The notes: generated by a model from the letters alone, not told the origin. Numbered from the stretch's first letter, positions 10,394 through 20,273 are shown. The stretch: DNA of 64,000 nucleotides from Dehalococcoidia bacterium (GCA_963555985.3 OY820591.1:2656001-2720000), one strand, 5' to 3'. Made by a program: numbers and translations.

Positions 10394-10579
10394 TGGCGCG
10401 ACCCGGGGTGCTCGATGTGCCTGGGTATGAACCCCGACATCCTGAGTCCGCAGAAACTATGCGCCTCTACGAGCAATCGGAGCTTTGAGGGTCGGCAGGA
10501 GCCTAGCGGTCGGGCGCACCGGGCATGTCCAGCGATGGCGGCGGTCGCGGGTCACTTTGTGGATGTGCGTGGCCTGTAA
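10394..10579 (+). pseudogene. leuC: Diverged duplicate of the leuC 3' end (about 60 codons)
   Basis: Encodes [35 protein letters not shown]...[11 protein letters not shown], matching leuC 9265-9459 with many substitutions and a short deletion. Confidence 0.9.
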
Positions 10580-10588
10580 CAACGGCCG

Positions 10589-12124
10589 TCAGCGCCAGAG
10601 CGCCAACTCTTCCTCCCGCTCTGCGGTGACCGTCCGCACATCCGGACCGAAGACCATCGTGTAGGGCCGGTTGGCTCGGTATTGGGGCCAGCCCGGCAGC
10701 GAACTTGTGCTCGGATTGCCGGTCCGGGCGAAGTTGATCCAGGCGTCCATCATGAAGCCGCTGAGCTGGTCGACCTGCGGGTCGTCGCCGACGAAGTCTC
10801 GCGTTAGCCCGGTCGTTCCCCAGATCAGCGGTACGTCGATCGCGTGCGGCGATCCCAGGCGGCCCTCGAACATCGGTGATTGTTGTTCGACCAGGTAGGC
10901 GTAGGTTCCGCCGGCTGCGCCCGCGTGCGCGTTGAGCAGACGGCGGGTCGAACCTCGGTACTGACGGTCGGTCATGACCGCGTTGTAAACCGCGAGCGGA
11001 TCGATCGTCTCGCCGCGCTGGACTCGCAGCGCCCGGTACCGCTCGTAGCACTCCCCGGCGCGTTCGCCGCCGCCGACCAACGGCGCCAGCAACTCCAGGG
11101 CCCGTTCCTCGTTCAGCTCTGACAGACCGGACATCGCCGAAAGCAGCGTCAGCTCATCGCGGTTCGTGCCTGCCAGTAGATCGACATCGCCGCCGCGACC
11201 GAGTGGCACGGTTTCGAGCGGGACAGCGTCGAGGAAGTCGTCCTCGATGATGGCGTTGAAGAGTCCGTGCAGCCCCCCGGCCGGGTTGACCGCCGGGTCA
11301 GCGGCCATCAGCGCGCTCTGCGCGCGCAGCAGGCTCTCAACCGGCAGCGACCGCAACTCGTCCGCCGACGGCTGCTCCAGCCCCAGCTCGCGGTAGAAGT
11401 AGGGCAGCATCTCAGCGACGGACTCGCGCGTATGGAGCCGATCGGCTGCGCCGCTCTGGATGATCGCGTGCTGAACGAGGCCCTCTGTGAGCGGTGATCC
11501 GAGCAGCATCGCAACCGCGATGCCTCCGGCCGACTCGCCGAAGATCGTCACGTTGGACGGATCGCCGCCGAAGGCGGCAATCTCGTCTCGCACCCACTTC
11601 AGCGCGGCGATCATGTCGTGGAAGCCGAAGTTGCCCTCTGCCTCGTCGCCGTCGCTGAGTACCGGGTCGGGCAGGTAACCGAGCGCGCCCAGACGGTAGT
11701 TGATCGTGACGATCACCACATCGCCGCGAGCGGCGAGTGGGCCACCGTTGTAAGCGGGCGACGAGCCCGATCCGCTGAACAGCCCGCCGCCGTGAATCCA
11801 GAGCATGACCGGTCGCCGGTTGTCGTCGGGGCCGGGCGTCCAGATGTTGAGATAGAGGCAGTCTTCCGACATGCGCTCCTGGCTGTGGCCCATGATGCCG
11901 GCGAACGGCCCGGCGGCAGGCCGCGGCGGCTGGGCTGAGATCGGGCCGAACTCCAGGGCGCCGCGGACTCCGGCCCACGGCTCCACCGGCTGCGGACGGC
12001 GCCAGCGCAGCTCACCGACGGGAGGCTGCGCGAAGGGCACGCCGCGAAAGACGTGGATACCGTCCTCGATCTGTCCCCGCAAGGTTCCCTTCTGGGTCTG
12101 AGCAGTGGTCGGATTCGAAGCCAT
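10589..12124 (-). CDS. Carboxylesterase type B (pNB esterase-like)
   Basis: GVPFAQPPVGELRW, SEDCLYLNIW, HGGG, FGESAGG nucleophile elbow. Confidence 0.95.
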   Translation of the reverse strand: MASNPTTAQTQKGTLRGQIEDGIHVFRGVPFAQPPVGELRWRRPQPVEPWAGVRGALEFGPISAQPPRPAAGPFAGIMGHSQERMSEDCLYLNIWTPGPDDNRRPVMLWIHGGGLFSGSGSSPAYNGGPLAARGDVVIVTINYRLGALGYLPDPVLSDGDEAEGNFGFHDMIAALKWVRDEIAAFGGDPSNVTIFGESAGGIAVAMLLGSPLTEGLVQHAIIQSGAADRLHTRESVAEMLPYFYRELGLEQPSADELRSLPVESLLRAQSALMAADPAVNPAGGLHGLFNAIIEDDFLDAVPLETVPLGRGGDVDLLAGTNRDELTLLSAMSGLSELNEERALELLAPLVGGGERAGECYERYRALRVQRGETIDPLAVYNAVMTDRQYRGSTRRLLNAHAGAAGGTYAYLVEQQSPMFEGRLGSPHAIDVPLIWGTTGLTRDFVGDDPQVDQLSGFMMDAWINFARTGNPSTSSLPGWPQYRANRPYTMVFGPDVRTVTAEREEELALWR

Positions 12125-12133
12125 GTCGCGTTC

Positions 12134-13672
12134 CTATTCGAGCAGATCCGTGCTCCAGATCTCGCGCTCTTCCTCGCGATCCACGCGCAGTGTCTTCACG
12201 TCCGGGCCGAGCGCCATCGTGTAGCGCTGGTCGGCCCGGTACTGCGGCCAGCCGGGGAGTGCGCCGGTGCTCGGGTTCCCAGTTCGCGCGAATGCAATCC
12301 AGGCGTCCATCACGAAGCCGGTGAGTTGGTCGGTCTGCGGGTCATCGCCGACGAAGACGCGCATCGCGTCGCAGGTACCCCAGACGAAGGGGATATCGAT
12401 GGCGTGGGGCGCGCGCAGGCGTCCGTCCAGAGCGGGCGACTGCTGGTTGAAGAGGTAGGCGTATGTCTGCCCGTCTCCATCGAGGGCGCTGTGCGCGTCG
12501 AGCAGACGGTCGGAGGGGATGCGGAATACGTAGTCGGTCATCACCGAATCGAAGACGGTGAGCGGGTCGGAGCCTGCGCCGCGCGCCGCGCGCGTGTCGC
12601 GGTAGTGCTCGTACAGCCGGTCGGCGGTCTCGGCATCACCGGATGTCACAGCCAGCGCTCCCCGAGCGCCGGTCTCATCCATCTCATTCACGCCGCCGAG
12701 CGCGGCCAGCAGCGTCCACTCGTCCTCGATCGTCCCGCAGAGCAGATCGACATCCTTGCTGCGGCCGTTGCGCACCGCCTCGATCGGCAGCGTCTCCAGG
12801 AATCCGCCCTCGACCACCGGCGAGAACGGCATCAGGTATCGCCCTGTCAATGTCGCCGACTCCGGGTCGGCCTGCAACGCGAGCTGAGCGTCGAGAATGT
12901 CCTGTGCGGGAATGCTGCGCAGCGAGTCGGCGTCGTCGGGGCTCACCTCGAGGACCGCGCAGAAGCGCCGGCAGACTTCCTCAGCCACGTCAACCGGAAG
13001 CGAGTGGTGTCCCGCGCCCGACTGTGGGATCGCACGCTGGAACAGACCCTCGGCCTCGGCCGCGCCCATCAGCACGCCCACGCTCATGCCGCCGGCGGAT
13101 TCGCCGAAGATCGTGACGTTGTTCGGGTCGCCGCCGAATGCGGAGATATGATCTCGCACCCACTCCAGCGCCGCCACTTGGTCGCGCATTCCGTAGTTGC
13201 CGCTGTGCGGATCGTCGCCGTCGGTCAGCGCCTGGTTGTAGAGATAGCCCAAGGCACCGAGCCGATAGTTGATCGTGACCACGACGACATCGCCGCGACG
13301 GGCGAGGTGCTGGCCGTCGTAGATCGGCGTCGCCCCGGACCCGGCCGCAAACCCGCCGCCGTGAATCCAGAACATCACCGGACGCTTGGCGTCGTCCAGG
13401 CCCGGCGTCCAGATGTTAAGCGTGAGGCAGTCCTCGTCGACCGGCATCTCCCAGGCTCCGAGCAGCTCGAGGCCCTGGACGAATGTCTGGATCGAGCCGG
13501 CCCCGACTTCGTTCGCCTCGCGAATGCCGTCCCACGGCTCAGGCGGCCGCGGTGCGCGGAAGCGCAGCTCCCCGACCGGCGGCGCTGCGAACGGCACGCC
13601 TCGAAAGACATGCAGATCGTCCTCGGTCTGCCCCTGGAGTTGGCCGTATTTCGTGTTGACAACTGCTGGCAC
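12134..13672 (-). CDS. Carboxylesterase type B, tandem paralog
   Basis: EDCLTLNIW, HGGGF, FGESAGG; colinear with 10589..12124. Confidence 0.95.
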   Translation of the reverse strand: MPAVVNTKYGQLQGQTEDDLHVFRGVPFAAPPVGELRFRAPRPPEPWDGIREANEVGAGSIQTFVQGLELLGAWEMPVDEDCLTLNIWTPGLDDAKRPVMFWIHGGGFAAGSGATPIYDGQHLARRGDVVVVTINYRLGALGYLYNQALTDGDDPHSGNYGMRDQVAALEWVRDHISAFGGDPNNVTIFGESAGGMSVGVLMGAAEAEGLFQRAIPQSGAGHHSLPVDVAEEVCRRFCAVLEVSPDDADSLRSIPAQDILDAQLALQADPESATLTGRYLMPFSPVVEGGFLETLPIEAVRNGRSKDVDLLCGTIEDEWTLLAALGGVNEMDETGARGALAVTSGDAETADRLYEHYRDTRAARGAGSDPLTVFDSVMTDYVFRIPSDRLLDAHSALDGDGQTYAYLFNQQSPALDGRLRAPHAIDIPFVWGTCDAMRVFVGDDPQTDQLTGFVMDAWIAFARTGNPSTGALPGWPQYRADQRYTMALGPDVKTLRVDREEEREIWSTDLLE

Positions 13673-13751
13673 GAGAGTGTCCTTTCAGGAAGCGAAATCA
13701 AGCACAGTAGCCTGCGCAGGCGGACTAGTGGTCATGATAAGGCGGGGTGTG

Positions 13752-14783
13752 ATGGCAATTGGACAGATCGGGCTGGGATTGGACTTCTCGCTGGGTCTGA
13801 GCTTCGAGGATCAGCAAACACTCGCGCGCGAGGCGGCAGAGCTTGGTTACCAGAGTCTGTGGACGCCGGAAGGCGCGGGGCTGGATTCGTTTCAGTTGTG
13901 CGCATTGCGTTATCAGGCGAGCGGGCTGGCGACCGGGATCGGCGTCTGCCCGATCGCCTATCGCTCGCCCGTCGCCTTCGCCATGAGCGCCGGTACCGTC
14001 GCCGCACAGAGCGGCGGCAAGTTCAGTCTTGGCATCGGCTCCGGTGGGATCTATCGCGCCGACGCTCGCCGCCAGCTCGGGCTACCCCGCCGCTCCACGC
14101 TTGGCGTGATGCGCGAATACGTCTCGGCAGTCAAGGGACTGCTGGCGGGCGAGTCCGTCACGATCCAGGGCGAGTCGTTCCAGTACGACGGCGTGCAACT
14201 GGGCTTCCGTCCGCCGCCGACGCCCGTGTTCGTAGGCGCGCTTGGCCCGCAGATGATCCAGCTTGGCGCCGAGGTGGGCGACGGAGCAGTGTTGAATTGG
14301 TGCGACTCGGAGCGGGTGCAATGGAGCCGCGAGCGTCTCAACGAAGGCGCAGCCAAAGCCGGCAAGGGTCCCGAAGATGTACAGCTGGTCGAATACATCC
14401 GCATCTGCGTGGACGACGATATTGAGACCGCGCGGATGTCATATGCAAAGTCGATGCTGGGCTATGCGCTGGGGCAGAGCGTGCCTAGCGAGCGGCTGCG
14501 CAAGTTCGCCTATCGGGCGCACTTCGAGCGGATGGGCTTCACGGACGAGCTGGCGTCGCTGGACGACATGCGCCATCGCGGGGCCTCGGCGGACGAGGTG
14601 GCGGCCGCTGCTTCGGAGGAACTCTTGACCCGCGTCGGCTACTACGGCAATGCAGCTGGAGCGAAAGCGGCCTTCGAGGCGCTGGCGGACGGTCTGGATA
14701 CCGCAATCGTTCGAGTGGTAGCGGCGCGTCCCGGTCTTGAGGCGACGCGGGCAGTGATGCGTGCGTGCGCGCCGAGTGCTTAG
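13752..14783 (+). CDS. LLM-class flavin-dependent oxidoreductase
   Basis: AREAAELGYQSLWTPE, SGGKFSLGIGSG, PVFVGALGPQMIQLGAEVGDG; start trimmed to ATG 13752. Confidence 0.88.
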   Translation: MAIGQIGLGLDFSLGLSFEDQQTLAREAAELGYQSLWTPEGAGLDSFQLCALRYQASGLATGIGVCPIAYRSPVAFAMSAGTVAAQSGGKFSLGIGSGGIYRADARRQLGLPRRSTLGVMREYVSAVKGLLAGESVTIQGESFQYDGVQLGFRPPPTPVFVGALGPQMIQLGAEVGDGAVLNWCDSERVQWSRERLNEGAAKAGKGPEDVQLVEYIRICVDDDIETARMSYAKSMLGYALGQSVPSERLRKFAYRAHFERMGFTDELASLDDMRHRGASADEVAAAASEELLTRVGYYGNAAGAKAAFEALADGLDTAIVRVVAARPGLEATRAVMRACAPSA

Positions 14784-16072
14784 CTCACCTGCTCAATCGC
14801 GTCTTCGAGGATGTCCACCGCTCGATCGAGCTGCGCCTCCGTCGTGCTCAATGGGGGGACGAAGCGGAGCACTGAACCACCGCGCCGCTGACTGAAGATG
14901 AGGCCGTTCTCAAGACACCGATCCGCGATTCGCCGTCCCTCGTCGGTGGCCGGTTCTTTGCTCCGCCGATCTCGCACCAGCTCAATCCCCTGTAGCAAGC
15001 CGCGACCGCGAACGTCGCCGATCAGGTCGAAGCGATCGGCGAGCTCGTTGAGTCTCGTCTTCAGGTAACCGCCCAGCCGCTTCGCCTTGCCCGGCGTGTC
15101 TTCCTCTTGGACTACATCGAGTGTCGCTGTGCCCGCGGCGCAAGCGAGCGGGTCGTTGGAGTGCGAGTGGGTGACGATGAACTCGTCGGCGACGACCGCC
15201 TGCTCGATCTCGGCGGAGGTGCTGACCGAGGAGATGCAGACGCCGCCGCCGAAGTGCTTGGCGAGCGTGATGAGGTCGGGAACCACACCTTCGTCCTCGA
15301 ACGCGAACATCGTTCCCAGCTTGCCCAGACCGGTCTGCTCCTCGTCCAGGATCAGCAGCATTTCGCGCTCGTAGCACTCGTGCTGGAGTCGGGACAGCCA
15401 GCCGTTCGGCGGTTCGATCACGCCGCCGGCGCTGAAGAGCGGTTCAGTCAGTACCGCCGCCGGGCGTGAGGTCGTCTGCGCATCGATCAGCTCAAAACTC
15501 GCATCAAGGCAGGCGATGTCGCAGGTTTCCGGCTGTAGTCCAATTGGGCAGCGGTAGCAGTAGGGCGCGAGCATCGCCATCGTCCCGGCCTGCGGCGGCC
15601 CGTAGCCCGCGTGCCAGCCTGCGTAGGTGAGCGCGCGGGTGGTATCCGACATGCCGTGAAATGAGACATGCGGCGAGGCGATCTCGAACCCGCCCGTGTA
15701 CTTCCGTGCGATGTTGATCGCCGCCTCGTTCGCGTCCGCGCCGGATTGGAGGAACATCGACTTTTGCAGCGGATTGGGCAGCAGCTGAGCGAGCCGTTCG
15801 GCCAGCTCAATCTCCTTGTCGTTGTAGTAGGAGGAATGGGCGTGGAGCAGCGTGGCGCAGGCTTCGGCGACGGCTGCGGTGATCTTGGGGTGGTTGTGTC
15901 CGAGCCAGGCGCACATCTGGCCGGAGTTGAAATCGAGGTAAGTCTGGCCGTTGGCGTCTTCGACTTCGGAGCCGGAGCCGCGCACGAAGACGGGGCCAAC
16001 GCCGGATTTGTCCATGCGTCCGCCGAAGGAGTACTTGCGGGCGGTTTCGAGGAGTTGGGTTTCTGTGGTCAT
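14780..16072 (-). CDS. Class III PLP aminotransferase, 2,2-dialkylglycine decarboxylase-like
   Basis: YLDFNSGQMCAWLGHNHP (DGD-like SGQM), SFHGM, LILDEEQTGLGKLG, LAKHFGGG. Confidence 0.85.
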   Translation of the reverse strand: MTTETQLLETARKYSFGGRMDKSGVGPVFVRGSGSEVEDANGQTYLDFNSGQMCAWLGHNHPKITAAVAEACATLLHAHSSYYNDKEIELAERLAQLLPNPLQKSMFLQSGADANEAAINIARKYTGGFEIASPHVSFHGMSDTTRALTYAGWHAGYGPPQAGTMAMLAPYCYRCPIGLQPETCDIACLDASFELIDAQTTSRPAAVLTEPLFSAGGVIEPPNGWLSRLQHECYEREMLLILDEEQTGLGKLGTMFAFEDEGVVPDLITLAKHFGGGVCISSVSTSAEIEQAVVADEFIVTHSHSNDPLACAAGTATLDVVQEEDTPGKAKRLGGYLKTRLNELADRFDLIGDVRGRGLLQGIELVRDRRSKEPATDEGRRIADRCLENGLIFSQRRGGSVLRFVPPLSTTEAQLDRAVDILEDAIEQVS

Positions 16073-16341
16073 GAGCGTCGGAGACCATGGCCTTCTTTCC
16101 GTGCATAGACTTCGAGTATCCGCACGGTGAGTTCGTCGTCGTTCACTTCAAAATCGGCGCGGTAGCGATATCGAATCCTGATTTCCCAGCGATTGCGATA
16201 ACCCTGCTTCTTCTTGACCCCATCAGGCCGAGGTTGCTCGGCGAGCGCCTCGCAGGTGCTCTGCACGGACGGCTGAACCTCGCGCGGCAGACGCCTCAGT
16301 TGACGCCGGGCCCTGTTCGTCCAGATTACCCGGTGGCTCAC
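16069..16341 (-). CDS. RelE/ParE family toxin
   Basis: HRVIWTNRARRQLRRL...LAEQPRPDGVKK..G....WEIRIRYRYR...D..V.ILEV..R pattern. Confidence 0.85.
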   Translation of the reverse strand: MSHRVIWTNRARRQLRRLPREVQPSVQSTCEALAEQPRPDGVKKKQGYRNRWEIRIRYRYRADFEVNDDELTVRILEVYARKEGHGLRRS

Positions 16342-16898
16342 TCGTTGGCCGTCTCGGCAATCTCGCGATCCAGAGCCTCTAAACGAACTAGTTCGTCCGG
16401 GTCGGCCAGCGCTAGCATCCGCCGGAATTCGTCATCGGTGATTCGACGGTCAAGTACGTCCCAATCGATTCTTGCGTCACGCGCCCAACAGGCGAGCCGC
16501 TCAATCTCGTGCTCGATTCGTTCGCCCCCGAGCCAGGCCTGCATCTGCGCCGCTTCTTCCGCCGACTGTTCGGTGAGCTCGGTAAGCTCGCATTCGCGCC
16601 GTAGCCAATTGCGCTCCTCGAGGGTGGTAATCCACCCTTCCCGATAGGCTTCGCTCACTGCATAGGCCCGCGCAAACACGGCATCTTCTTGCAGATGACG
16701 CAGCAGATCGCAGAGATCGTCCAACTCGTCTTCGGGCAACAACCGCTCCGCCTCCTCGTAGGGCAAGCGACCACACCACGACCAGCGGAAGAGGTTCGGA
16801 CGCCGGTCCCTGATCGACTCGCCGCGTAGAAATGCGGCGTAGAGGGCATCATTCTCCGCGCGCTGAGCGGCGTCAGCAGGATGCTCCATGATCGTCAT
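16338..16898 (-). CDS. Acidic hypothetical protein, putative antitoxin of the RelE gene
   Basis: AGGAGAGG RBS before ATG 16898; its stop overlaps the RelE start; no domain recognised. Confidence 0.6.
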   Translation of the reverse strand: MTIMEHPADAAQRAENDALYAAFLRGESIRDRRPNLFRWSWCGRLPYEEAERLLPEDELDDLCDLLRHLQEDAVFARAYAVSEAYREGWITTLEERNWLRRECELTELTEQSAEEAAQMQAWLGGERIEHEIERLACWARDARIDWDVLDRRITDDEFRRMLALADPDELVRLEALDREIAETANE

Positions 16899-16934
16899 GC
16901 GCAACCTCTCCTGAGTTACCAACGAACCCCGCCC

Positions 16935-17906
16935 TCAGGCGCAGACTTCGTCGTCCAGCGACCAGCGGTTGTATTCGGGATCAGGCTGATTGGCGAGCTT
17001 CGCGCGGGCGGCGAGCCACATTTGGCGCCACTGACTCGCGTCGGACAAGACCGAATCGGGATCGCGGCGGGAGCGGGCGACGAAGCCCGGGAAGGCTTCG
17101 CGGCCGGTGGGTTGGCCGGGCGGGTGGTAACGCAGGTCGAAGCTCCAGCGGATGCGGTCGCTGAGGTTGGGCAGGGCGGCGTGGACGGTGCGGCGGTGGA
17201 GGAAGAGGCAGCCGCCGGCGGGCAGGGGGACGGCCCGTCCTGCGCCGCCGGCGGGCAGGATGCTCTGGGGGATGTTGAGTCCCTGGACGCCGGAGCAGTG
17301 GGTCAGCACTTCGCCTCGGTGCGAGCCGGGGATGACCTGGAGGCAGCCGTTCTGCGCATCGGTGTCCATTAGCGGGAACCAGACGGTGAGCATGTCAGTG
17401 TCGTCGGCGGAGGCGTTGACCACGCCGGCGTCCTGGTGCCAGGGGGTGGCTCCGTAGATCACGTTGCCGTCGGCGTCGCGCGGGGCGATCGACTCCGGCA
17501 CCTTCACCCGTACGTGCTGCACGGGATTCGAGTAGATCTCGGGACCGATGAAGCACTCCACAGTGTCCAGCAGTGAGGGATTGGTGAGCGCGCGGAAGAC
17601 CGCCGGGCCCGCCCAGAACGGGGTATCCGCCTTGATTCCCCGCTGGGGCAGGGAGAAGTCGAAGTACTGGGCGTACACCTTCTGCGATTCGACGTAGACC
17701 TGCGACACCCGCTCTCCGAAGGGCAGGTTGTCGTAGGCGTCGGAGAGCGCGTCCTGCCGGTGCAACTCGTGCGCGAGCGTATCGAGCACGCCCGCGTACT
17801 CAGCCATGACCGGAGCGATGACCTCAGCAGGGTCGAACACGTCCTCAACCGCGAGAAAGCCGAAGGTCTCGAAGTGATCGAGCTGTTCTGCGGTCAGGGA
17901 CAGCAT
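16935..17906 (-). CDS. Phytanoyl-CoA dioxygenase (PhyH) family 2OG-Fe(II) oxygenase
   Basis: LTAEQLDHFETFGFL, TPWHQD, NGCLQVIPGSH, HAALPNLSDRIRWSFD. Confidence 0.92.
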   Translation of the reverse strand: MLSLTAEQLDHFETFGFLAVEDVFDPAEVIAPVMAEYAGVLDTLAHELHRQDALSDAYDNLPFGERVSQVYVESQKVYAQYFDFSLPQRGIKADTPFWAGPAVFRALTNPSLLDTVECFIGPEIYSNPVQHVRVKVPESIAPRDADGNVIYGATPWHQDAGVVNASADDTDMLTVWFPLMDTDAQNGCLQVIPGSHRGEVLTHCSGVQGLNIPQSILPAGGAGRAVPLPAGGCLFLHRRTVHAALPNLSDRIRWSFDLRYHPPGQPTGREAFPGFVARSRRDPDSVLSDASQWRQMWLAARAKLANQPDPEYNRWSLDDEVCA

Positions 17907-17951
17907 ATTCGCTCCGTGGGTGGACGGTTTTGGACGAATCCGGACGATTCT

Positions 17952-18006
17952 GGACGGATACGAGCGGAATTTGGGCGGGGAACCCGCATTCCGCTCGCAT
18001 CCGTTC
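17952..18006 (-). terminator. Long hairpin just after SBP gene 1
   Basis: GGACGGATACGAGCGGAAT...ATTCCGCTCGCATCCGTTC inverted repeat; homologous hairpin at 20202-20257. Confidence 0.55.
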
Positions 18007-18012
18007 GGGCGG

Positions 18013-19956
18013 CTAGGCCGTCTTCAGCTTCTGGATCGCGGTCAGGCTGCCCTCGCCGCGAAGCTCGGCTGGGCCGACCGGCCAATTGATGTTGGCCGCC
18101 GTGGCCGACGCTGAGGAGACCTCGGTCAGGAAGATCCACGAGAAGTTGTCGTAGAAGGTGACGTAGAAGTCTTCGAGCAATGCGGCACGTTCGCCCGGAT
18201 CCATTGCCTGGTTCTGCGCGATGTACAGCTCCTGGATCTCGGTCTCGGGGTAAACGGAGACGGCGTAGAAGCCTTCCTCGTTGATCTCGGAGCCGATCAC
18301 CGTCTCCGGCTCGGCGATGCTGTTGGTGAAGAACCAGAACAGGCCGGGCTTGGAGAAGGTACGCACTTCGGCGAAGTACTCGCTGGAGAGGTACTCGACG
18401 ATCTTGGTGCGGATACCGACCGCCTCGAGGTCCTCCTGAATGACCAGTGCCATGGTCGGCACGATGACCTGAAAGTCGGTCACGATGTGCAGGTCGACGT
18501 CGATGCCGTCCGGGTAGCCAGCTTCAGCCAACAGAGCCTTGGCGCGCTCCGGGTCGTACCCGTGATAGCGCGATTCAAGCGCGTCCTTGGGGAAGCCGAT
18601 GGTGCCCTTGTAGGGACCGTAGGACGGCTGCTCGGAGCCGGTCAGCAGACCCTCAATGATCGCCTCGCGGTTGATCGCCAGGTTGGCCGCCTCGCGTACG
18701 CGGATGTCGAGGAACGGGTTGGGCACGCCGTCGACCTCGTCCACGTTGTCATGCGTGTTGAACATGATGTGGTGGGTCGGGTTGCCGGCGGGGCCGTAGA
18801 GGATCTTGAAGGCGTCGTTGCCCTCGTAGGGCGCGACGATGTCGGTCGGCAGATTGTAGGCGACGTCGACTTCGCCAGCCTCGATCCCCGCGAGCTGAGC
18901 CAGCGGCTCGGGGCGGATCTTGACGTCAAGGTCCTTGAACCAGGGCAGACGCGGCAGGACGAGGCCGTCGCGGCCGCGCCGGTACTGGTCGTTGCGAGTC
19001 CAGTTGAAGCCGACGTCGGGCGTGTGCGACTGGAACACAAACGGACCGGTCCCCACCGCGTTGACGGTGTCTACGTGCTCGTCGCCGTGCTCCTCCACGT
19101 ACGCCTTGGACATGTGGCGGACGGCGCCGGACATGATCGAACCGGCCAGCGAGGCGTTGGGGGCCGGGGTCTCGACGCGGAAGGTGAGGTCGTCGACGAC
19201 GCTGTAGCTGGCGAAGTTTCCTGTGCCGAACGTACCTCGAGCCGTGCCCCAGCCGTTGGGGTGGTCGCTCGCTTCGCCACCCTGGTGATACTCAGCGTCC
19301 GACGCCACACGCTGGAAGTTGAACTCCAGGTCGCGCGCCGTGTACTGCGAACCGTCGTGGAACAGCGCGTCATCGGTGACGTGCATGATCAGGTTGGTCG
19401 GGTCCACGATCTCGATGCCGGCGACCAGATTGGGTTCCAGCGCGGCGGTCTCTGGGTGGTTCGACATGCCCGACTCGAACGTGCAGGCGCCATTGATGTA
19501 GTTGGTCTGCGACCCGGAACGCTGTGGGTCGAGGCCCGCCGTGTAGCGCGAAGTGGCGACGTAGAGTGTGGCCTCGGTGTCGATCTCGGGCTCTTCCGCC
19601 TCAACGTCTTCCTGAGCCTCATCGCGCTCAATCGCTTCGACCGTGCCCTCTTGGGCCTCCTGCTGCTCGACCTGCTGCGCCTGTTGCTCGGCCTGCTGCT
19701 CCGCTTGTTCCTGCTGCATGGCCTGCTGCTGTTGCTGCTGCTGGACCTGCTGCTCGGCGGCCGGCTGAGGCTGTTCTTGCTGCTGCTCCTGAGGCTCGGC
19801 CTGAACTACGGCCTGCTGGTCGTCATCGTCATCATCGCCGCAGCCGACCAGGGCGAGTCCTGCGGCGCCGACGCCCGCGCGCGAGCTCGCACGCAGCAAG
19901 GCTCGGCGCGAGAGTCGGCGGTGACTCATGCGGGTCCAATAGTTTCGCTTCTGCAT
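18013..19956 (-). CDS. ABC transporter substrate-binding protein, family 5 (Tat lipoprotein)
   Basis: SRRALL Tat motif, LVGC lipobox, poly-D/Q linker, VGTGPF, NPFLDIRVREAANLAINRE, YDPERAKALLAEAGYPDG. Confidence 0.95.
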   Translation of the reverse strand: MQKRNYWTRMSHRRLSRRALLRASSRAGVGAAGLALVGCGDDDDDDQQAVVQAEPQEQQQEQPQPAAEQQVQQQQQQQAMQQEQAEQQAEQQAQQVEQQEAQEGTVEAIERDEAQEDVEAEEPEIDTEATLYVATSRYTAGLDPQRSGSQTNYINGACTFESGMSNHPETAALEPNLVAGIEIVDPTNLIMHVTDDALFHDGSQYTARDLEFNFQRVASDAEYHQGGEASDHPNGWGTARGTFGTGNFASYSVVDDLTFRVETPAPNASLAGSIMSGAVRHMSKAYVEEHGDEHVDTVNAVGTGPFVFQSHTPDVGFNWTRNDQYRRGRDGLVLPRLPWFKDLDVKIRPEPLAQLAGIEAGEVDVAYNLPTDIVAPYEGNDAFKILYGPAGNPTHHIMFNTHDNVDEVDGVPNPFLDIRVREAANLAINREAIIEGLLTGSEQPSYGPYKGTIGFPKDALESRYHGYDPERAKALLAEAGYPDGIDVDLHIVTDFQVIVPTMALVIQEDLEAVGIRTKIVEYLSSEYFAEVRTFSKPGLFWFFTNSIAEPETVIGSEINEEGFYAVSVYPETEIQELYIAQNQAMDPGERAALLEDFYVTFYDNFSWIFLTEVSSASATAANINWPVGPAELRGEGSLTAIQKLKTA

Positions 19957-20201
19957 TCAGGTACCTCCTGGTGAAAGCACGCATCGGAAGCGTGCTCACA
20001 TGTGTTTGCAAGAGTTTAGACGATCATGGATCGCATCCCCACACGCCAGCTGATTCCAGTCTCCCCCGCACCACCAGCGAGGGGGGGAAGTTGGATTGCA
20101 TCTCGACAGCTTCGGCCAGGATCAAGCAGGCGTAGCAGGGGCCGATCAACACTGAGGGAAGCCGGATTCGCTCCCGGAGATGTTCGGATCTGTTCGAATT
20201 C

Positions 20202-20257
20202 GGACGGATTTGAGCGGAACGAGGGAGTGAGAGCCGTCGTTCCGCTCGCGTCCGTTC
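20202..20257 (-). terminator. Long hairpin just after SBP gene 2
   Basis: GGACGGATTTGAGCGGAACGA...TCGTTCCGCTCGCGTCCGTTC; paralog of 17952-18006. Confidence 0.55.
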
Positions 20258-20273
20258 GGGCTGATTCAGGCCG

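Noticed and set aside
16899-16937. phyH TGA stop is in frame with the downstream ORF (possible readthrough)
   Set aside because: No SECIS-like hairpin or second-copy support; the downstream gene has its own strong RBS; a one-in-three coincidence.
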